From: Candidatus Heimdallarchaeota archaeon
GTDB lineage: Archaea; Asgardarchaeota; Heimdallarchaeia; Heimdallarchaeales; Kariarchaeaceae
DNA length: 19,925 bases
NCBI GenBank assembly: GCA_015523565.1
Contig: WAKA01000198.1
Coordinates: 1 to 19,925, forward strand
Reading direction: 5' to 3'
Of this stretch, positions 14,712 to 19,925 are shown in pieces. How positions within the stretch are numbered: the stretch's first letter is position 1; the number at the start of each line of letters is the position of its first letter. Position numbers and translations under genes: made by a program. Under the pieces are notes generated by a model, which made no database searches, had not been told where the DNA came from, and saw only the letters and a program-made list of their open reading frames with translations.

Positions 14712-15160
14712 CTCAAATCTGGAATTTTCTTGACTAATAAAAACTTGCTAAACCTATCATATCCGATACCGTTGGAAAAATCTGTCCAACACCACCTGTA
14801 ATTAATTTCATAGCATTCATTGGCGGTGTCAACAGTCATTTCTCCTGAAAAATAATTGCAACCTATCCTCATGGATTTCAAATAAATTTTTGCAATTTCC
14901 TTTGAAAATTCCAAATCTGATAGCTTTGCTATGAGTCTAATGATATTTCTCAATGGCAATCGATGAGACGGACTTGAGGAAACAATAATGGAAAGAAGCC
15001 TTACTCCCTCTTTTTTAAGAATCTGCCTTATGTCTGTCAAAGGGGAATAAATTCGCATAAAGGAAATTATCTGAAGTATGTCAGTCTGTAATTGACCCGA
15101 AAATTCTGGATGCTTGATCAATTGCTCAATCCTTTTTTCGGTTTCCACCGAATAAAACAT
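14708..15160 (-). CDS. Hypothetical protein (150 aa)
   Basis: ATG-started ORF filling the gap. Its stop shares TTAA with the convergent ATPase gene, and a TATA-like CTTTATAA (minus strand, 15183-15190) lies ~25 nt upstream. No recognisable motif. Confidence 0.7.
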   Translation of the reverse strand: MFYSVETEKRIEQLIKHPEFSGQLQTDILQIISFMRIYSPLTDIRQILKKEGVRLLSIIVSSSPSHRLPLRNIIRLIAKLSDLEFSKEIAKIYLKSMRIGCNYFSGEMTVDTANECYEINYRWCWTDFSNGIGYDRFSKFLLVKKIPDLS

Positions 15161-15284
15161 AAATGTTTATTGATATTTTCACTTATAAAGAAACGGTAAT
15201 TGAAATCTAAGTATCCCCCATATTTTTTCTGAATGTCCAAATAGAAAAGAGAAGAGATTTAACTTTACGAATTTTAATCGGAAT

Positions 15285-16166
15285 GTGGAAAGTAAAAGAC
15301 GTATTAGGCAAAATCTAAGGCTGGAGATTGAATCAACTGCCCGTGAAATTCAAGAGCTTGAGGAGGAACTCAGCTCCAATCCCTCACCAGAAAAAGAACA
15401 AAACTTGGAAAAACTAAAATCATACTACGACAAACTACAAAAGCAATATGAAAGTATTTCTGGAATGGATCTTGAAACCGCATCGAAGCTAAAATCAATC
15501 AAGGTCACCAATAGTTCCTCTTCCAGTTGGACGAAAAAACTCATTCTTTCTATTTCTGCATTGCTGATGGCAGGCGGATTTTATAACATGATGTTACAGG
15601 CTCTGCAGGGATATACCATTAATGAGGTGATCATCGATATATCATCTGGATTTTTGGTCAGTGATTTTGACAAGCTAATTGCAAAAACTTTGACTGATCC
15701 TGCATTGACAATCATAGTTGCTACAGTTCTTTCTGGATCTATACTCAATCTAATTGGTGAACTTCTCCCCTCATCCAAACAAATTGATTGGATTGAAGCT
15801 GGAATGATTTTTATTGTGGGAATTGTCATGAGTTATTCCCTTCTTGGAAATCTCTTAGGTTTAATGTCTGAAGGCGATATTCGATGGATTTTCATTGATT
15901 TTGCATTTACCGTTGCCTTCATTCTTCTCTTGGCGGGAATTGCAGTGGGCTTTGCAAGCTTATTGTCAACTCCTGAATGGAATGATTATAAGGTATTGGG
16001 AATAATTGAAGCCTTGTTCATTATTGCCGCATCCGGTTCCTATTTCTTGGGAATCATCCTTGGTGGTGATCAAAATATCCTTTACCAATGGCCAAACATC
16101 TTCCTTTTGCTTTTGACCGCAATGTCAATTCGTACAATTCGTATGCTAATCAGAAAAGAAAGCTAG
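15285..16166 (+). CDS. Hypothetical membrane protein, N-terminal coiled coil plus ~6 TM helices (293 aa)
   Basis: Charged heptad-like N-terminal ~60 aa, a Ser-rich linker, then six hydrophobic segments. GTG start. Confidence 0.8.
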   Translation: MESKRRIRQNLRLEIESTAREIQELEEELSSNPSPEKEQNLEKLKSYYDKLQKQYESISGMDLETASKLKSIKVTNSSSSSWTKKLILSISALLMAGGFYNMMLQALQGYTINEVIIDISSGFLVSDFDKLIAKTLTDPALTIIVATVLSGSILNLIGELLPSSKQIDWIEAGMIFIVGIVMSYSLLGNLLGLMSEGDIRWIFIDFAFTVAFILLLAGIAVGFASLLSTPEWNDYKVLGIIEALFIIAASGSYFLGIILGGDQNILYQWPNIFLLLLTAMSIRTIRMLIRKES

Positions 16167-16225
16167 TGGAATGTTTCGCAGTAGTTACATTATTATTTCC
16201 CCATTCTTTTGACAAGTAAGTAAAT

Positions 16226-17527
16226 ATGAGTGCTCGCCCTGATGTGATCTGTTGGTCCTGTTTGCAACGGTCTCCCCTTGGCAAGTGTATCCATTGCGGG
16301 GAAACATTGACACTCCCTGTTGCCAAAAAAGAACCCACTGAAGAAGATATCAAAAAAAAATTTATCATTCAACTGCAACAAAAGGATGGCAGTACAACTG
16401 AATTTTACTATACCGACCTATTGAAAATCGTCAAAAAACATTTCATGGTTTTAAAAGAAATAATTGTTGCGTCACCTCAATTCATCGTGTCAATGAAAAA
16501 TGAAAATGACAATGTTGATGAAAAATTTCAAAACCTTTACGAGGAAAGCCAACAGTTTATTCCAGGATTGGTTCCAATACTCCAAAGGGACACTAGATTG
16601 GGAATTAACCAATATTTGATCTCATATTCATTTCTGCCTCAAACAAAACCATCCACAGGTCTAGTGAGGAATATCTTTTATTTTCTCTCCATTTTCAGTG
16701 TTATAATATCTGGTCTTCTTGTTTCGATCAAATACTTCAATATCATGAACCAAACAAATTATGGCTATCTAATGATCCAAAATTTTTACAATCCATGGGT
16801 TTGGGTTAATACTGCAATTTTCTCTTTAATCATCTTGGGTGTATTGCTGATAAGAATGAAAATCATTGAATTGGACTTTTTGAAACTCTCTGGCTATAGA
16901 CCAAAATTCCTTTGGATATTTGTCCCTCCCTTTTATGAAATGGGAACGCTTGGGTATCTCGTTATCGAACATAAACCTCATTTCAATAAACATGCCGCAA
17001 TAGTCTCCTCATTTCGGGGAAATTTCATAAGTTGGATAATATCGTCAATTCTTCTTGCAGTAACATCCTTCTTGAATTATCGAAATCCAGAAATGGCCAC
17101 TCAATTCGGCAAAACATCCATTGTTGCATCTGGATACTATGAACCGCTGATTTTTCGATTGCTTGAAATGCTTTTCTCATCAGAGGTTTACGTGAAATCA
17201 TTTTTGTTTCATCCCGCCTTTATTGCCTCCCTTATCACCTTTTATATAACTGGTCTCTCTTTTCTGCCTGCAATTCAACTATTCGGCGGATCAATTGTCC
17301 AATCTTCATCAAATAGGCTGATTGCTTATTTCACAACTTTCCTTGTCGTCATTGCTCTGTTCTATGTTGGATTGATTTGGTTAGCCATCCTGATTTTTCT
17401 TTTCCAAGACAGGTTCGGAAAAATTTATGTGCTGAATGGGGCAAGCACAAAACCTAGATATTGGAAACTGATTGTTGCCTTAATTCTTGTTGTCTCAATT
17501 CTTACATTTCCTCTTCCTTTAAATTAG
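16226..17527 (+). CDS. Site-2 protease (M50)-like membrane protein with N-terminal Zn ribbon, catalytic motifs absent (433 aa)
   Basis: N-terminal CWSC-x8-CIHC. M50-type scaffold motifs FVPP..MGTLG, FHPAFIA and FLPAIQLFGG (cf. NLLPxxxLDGG) are in the expected order, with multiple TM helices. No HExxH anywhere in the protein. Confidence 0.75.
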   Translation: MSARPDVICWSCLQRSPLGKCIHCGETLTLPVAKKEPTEEDIKKKFIIQLQQKDGSTTEFYYTDLLKIVKKHFMVLKEIIVASPQFIVSMKNENDNVDEKFQNLYEESQQFIPGLVPILQRDTRLGINQYLISYSFLPQTKPSTGLVRNIFYFLSIFSVIISGLLVSIKYFNIMNQTNYGYLMIQNFYNPWVWVNTAIFSLIILGVLLIRMKIIELDFLKLSGYRPKFLWIFVPPFYEMGTLGYLVIEHKPHFNKHAAIVSSFRGNFISWIISSILLAVTSFLNYRNPEMATQFGKTSIVASGYYEPLIFRLLEMLFSSEVYVKSFLFHPAFIASLITFYITGLSFLPAIQLFGGSIVQSSSNRLIAYFTTFLVVIALFYVGLIWLAILIFLFQDRFGKIYVLNGASTKPRYWKLIVALILVVSILTFPLPLN

Positions 17528-17571
17528 ATGAATACAAACAAGGTTATAATCTGGCGAAAAAAAAATAATGT

Positions 17572-18693
17572 GTGAAGATTAAAAAAGATTATTTGGAATA
17601 TGCCCTAATTGCAATTCTCCTTCTTTTAGTCATTTCCTTCACTACGGGATTCCTTGGAAACACATTGGGCTATAACTTGGTGGTCATACAAAATCGGGAT
17701 CCAAACTCCATGAACCCCACTTATGTTCAGGGGGATATTTTTGTCATCAAGAAAATGGCCCCAGATCAAATAAATCTTGGAGACGTCATTGTATACAAAA
17801 ACAGTAGGAACGAATTAATTATACATAGGGTCATCCTGATAAAAATAATAGAGGGGGAATACTTTTATGTTGTAAAAGGAGACAACCCAATCACCAATTA
17901 TAGACCTGATATTGATATCAACGGATTCTTTATCTCCTATAACCAAATATTGGGTGTCACAAAATATCGTGTTCCCATGGTCGGTCATATCAGCCTTGCA
18001 ATGCAAAAGAACCCATCTATTCAAATCATGATCTATTTCTTGGCCGCAATTGCAGGACTGGCAATCATCTTTTGGCCAGAAGAAGAAAAACAAGAGGAAG
18101 AGGAATTCGTGGATATCAGCTCTTCACAAATTCGAAAATATTTCTCTGAAAAATTCTCATCAATCCTTAACGCAATTCCGAACCCCAAAAATCCAAAAAC
18201 AATCTCCAAATTCAATATAATCCGATTTGTCACAATTTTCACTATTGTTGTGTTATTGACATTGACATACTTCAATCCTGGATTTTTCTATTCCGATGGC
18301 ATGGATCATTCAACAGGATTTGTTGCCCTGAAAGTTGAAACTGAAACCCGAAGGATCTCAAATGAGACAATAAACGGACAGTTGGTTACCGTTGTCTTTT
18401 ATCAACTCCTTGTCCAATTATATGATGAAGGAAAATTCCTCCAATCCATCAAAAGCTTTTCTGTTGATGTATACAACCAAGACAACGAAATTGTATCCCA
18501 TACGATTTGGAACCAAAAAGGAAAAATTACTGGATTGTTTACCGTTGGAGCCTCAATCATCTTCGAAACGTCCAAATATGGAAATTCAACACAGGAAATG
18601 CTTGTATTTGTCACCCTTAAAATAAATAAGGGATTCTCTACCATGGAAACAAAAGGATCAACGAATTTCACTTATGTCCCACCTACCCAATAA
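17572..18693 (+). CDS. sec11: Signal peptidase I, archaeal/ER type (S26B, Sec11-like), with C-terminal extension (373 aa)
   Basis: N-terminal TM, then NSMNP (Ser46), GDVIVY, IIHRV (His85) and KGDN (Asp104). Two further TM segments and a ~140-aa beta-rich domain follow. GTG start. Confidence 0.88.
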   Translation: MKIKKDYLEYALIAILLLLVISFTTGFLGNTLGYNLVVIQNRDPNSMNPTYVQGDIFVIKKMAPDQINLGDVIVYKNSRNELIIHRVILIKIIEGEYFYVVKGDNPITNYRPDIDINGFFISYNQILGVTKYRVPMVGHISLAMQKNPSIQIMIYFLAAIAGLAIIFWPEEEKQEEEEFVDISSSQIRKYFSEKFSSILNAIPNPKNPKTISKFNIIRFVTIFTIVVLLTLTYFNPGFFYSDGMDHSTGFVALKVETETRRISNETINGQLVTVVFYQLLVQLYDEGKFLQSIKSFSVDVYNQDNEIVSHTIWNQKGKITGLFTVGASIIFETSKYGNSTQEMLVFVTLKINKGFSTMETKGSTNFTYVPPTQ

Positions 18694-18766
18694 AATTTTG
18701 AAATGAATTAAAATAGAATTGTCCTTGTTTCAAAAAAGCTTTAATTGACTTGAAAATCATTTAAAT

Positions 18767-19261
18767 GTGAATACTGTACAACAACTTTACCATTACTGCC
18801 GAACCCCTCATCTTGGCGATGTAGAGGAAATTGTCCAAATAAATAGATTGGCGCTCCCCGAAAATTATTCCATGGGTTATTTCATCCAGTTAATCAAGCA
18901 ATGGAAGGATACAAGCGTTGTCTCAATAAGAAACGGGAAAATTATCGGCTACATCATTTGCAAAGTTGAAAAGAAATCCTTGATCGCATTTAAACGCCGA
19001 AATTTCCCAAGGGGACATATCATGAGCGTGGCGGTTCATCCAGAGTATAGAAGGCAGGGTATAGCCAGCGAAATGATGAAATTCGTCCTCAATCGGCTTA
19101 AATATATCAAGAACCTTAAAGAAGTCATCCTCGAAGTAAGGGAGTCCAACCGATCCGCCATAAGGTTATACCAAAAATTCGGTTTCAAAAAGGAATCTGT
19201 CCTAAAACGATACTACATCGATGGGGAATCTGCAAACCTGATGGTATTGAAGAAATTGTAA
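18767..19261 (+). CDS. ard1: GNAT N-terminal acetyltransferase, Ard1/Naa10/RimI family (164 aa)
   Basis: Motifs LPENY, GHIMSVAV, acetyl-CoA motif RRQGIA, LEVRESN..AIRLY and YYIDGESA. A-rich BRE-like stretch plus CTTTAATT at 18739-18746 lies just upstream of the GTG start. Confidence 0.9.
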   Translation: MNTVQQLYHYCRTPHLGDVEEIVQINRLALPENYSMGYFIQLIKQWKDTSVVSIRNGKIIGYIICKVEKKSLIAFKRRNFPRGHIMSVAVHPEYRRQGIASEMMKFVLNRLKYIKNLKEVILEVRESNRSAIRLYQKFGFKKESVLKRYYIDGESANLMVLKKL

Positions 19262-19359
19262 CTGTTTTATTGATTCATTAACAGATTAAAGTATTGTCAT
19301 AAAAAAATAAAATTGTTAACAAACGGACTCTTTTATTATTTTTCACCGTAACCATTCGC

Positions 19360-19436
19360 GATAAAGATTAAATACTACAACAATCATACAATGGGTTAGT
19401 TACTTAATTCTCTGAGTTAAGTATGATAAAGGTGAG
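19360..19436 (+). promoter_or_regulatory. Pilin promoter, inverted repeat and RBS
   Basis: GATAAAG followed by ATTAAATA (BRE/TATA-like, 19360-19374). Inverted repeat TACTTAATTC-tct-GAGTTAAGTA at 19401-19423. Archaeal SD AGGTGA at 19430-19435, 6 nt before the ATG. Confidence 0.55.
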
Positions 19437-19441
19437 AAATC

Positions 19442-19870
19442 ATGCTGAAATTAATTAGAAACAACAAAAAATCAGTTTCTCCTGTTATTGCGGTTGTCTT
19501 GCTGATCGCTTTGACAGTTGCCGCTGGCGCAATCATTTGGACCATCGTTTTGCCATTGCTCCAGCCCAAGGAAACTTTGACTTTGACCAGTACAATCCAA
19601 TCGACATATAATTCTGCTGGAATTGTGTGGAAAGGAACATTGGAAGCTTCTACCACAGGTACAATAAATAGTGTAAAGATTACACTTGCAAATGGTACTG
19701 AAATTACTGCAACAACAAATTATACAAACTCCATTAGTCAAGGTGCAAATACATATACTTTCTATTTTCTTTCAAAGAATTTATCTGCGGGTTCTGGTAC
19801 TATTACAATTACATGGACCCCAACAAGTGGGACTTCAACAACATATTCATTCGATATCAATTATTCATAA
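19442..19870 (+). CDS. Archaeal type IV pilin with class III signal peptide (142 aa)
   Basis: Basic leader ending KKS followed by VSPVIAVVLLIALTVAAGAIIW, a PibD/FlaK cleavage pattern. The Thr/Ser-rich beta-type C-domain carries N-glycosylation sequons NGT, NYT, NLS and NYS. Clear SD. Confidence 0.9.
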   Translation: MLKLIRNNKKSVSPVIAVVLLIALTVAAGAIIWTIVLPLLQPKETLTLTSTIQSTYNSAGIVWKGTLEASTTGTINSVKITLANGTEITATTNYTNSISQGANTYTFYFLSKNLSAGSGTITITWTPTSGTSTTYSFDINYS

Positions 19871-19925
19871 AAGTTTAACTTATCAATATTATAACTTGGA
19901 ATTATAGACGAAAGCAATGTTAGAT

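Noticed and set aside
16226-17527. Pseudogene of a site-2 protease
   Set aside because: The ORF is full length with no frameshift or stop and keeps the scaffold motifs, which fits a maintained pseudoenzyme better than decay.
19442-19870. Archaellin
   Set aside because: The mature N-terminus VSPVIAVVLLI is the pilin type, the protein is short, and no arl accessory genes are visible.
123-19907. Many short antisense or alternate-frame ORFs in the track (e.g. 637-1164, 8883-9407, 10197-10598, 12347-12601, 19417-19656)
   Set aside because: They lie within well-supported genes and lack motifs, so they are treated as shadow ORFs. The Phe-rich 10197-10598 ORF is the reverse complement of the Lys-rich tail.
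1-19925. tRNA, rRNA, CRISPR array or IS element
   Set aside because: Intergenic gaps are short and AT-rich, with no cloverleaf, spaced repeats or terminal inverted repeats seen.

Overview
AT-rich archaeal chromosomal window, most likely from an Asgard archaeon. This is inferred from eukaryote/plant-like Topo VI subunits, a eukaryote-type ubiquitin-like domain, a Naa10-like acetyltransferase and an archaeal class III pilin. It is dominated by a translationally coupled DNA topoisomerase VI operon in which both subunits have unusual architectures. Top6B is 3484 aa: an intact ~545-aa GHKL/H2TH/transducer core, then ~2870 aa of roughly 40 degenerate Rad51-N/alphaCTD-like helix-hairpin-helix repeats, then a 61-aa Lys-rich tail. 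Top6A (Spo11 family) carries an N-terminal ubiquitin-like domain. Downstream are a Cys-rich Zn-ribbon protein, a HerA/FtsK-family ATPase with a helical MIT/TPR-like N-terminus, two hypothetical proteins, a catalytically dead site-2-protease (M50) homologue, a Sec11-type signal peptidase with an extra TM plus beta-domain, an Ard1/Naa10-like N-acetyltransferase and a type IV pilin. No RNA genes, CRISPR arrays or mobile elements were recognised. Comparisons to known proteins are from memory and need database confirmation.
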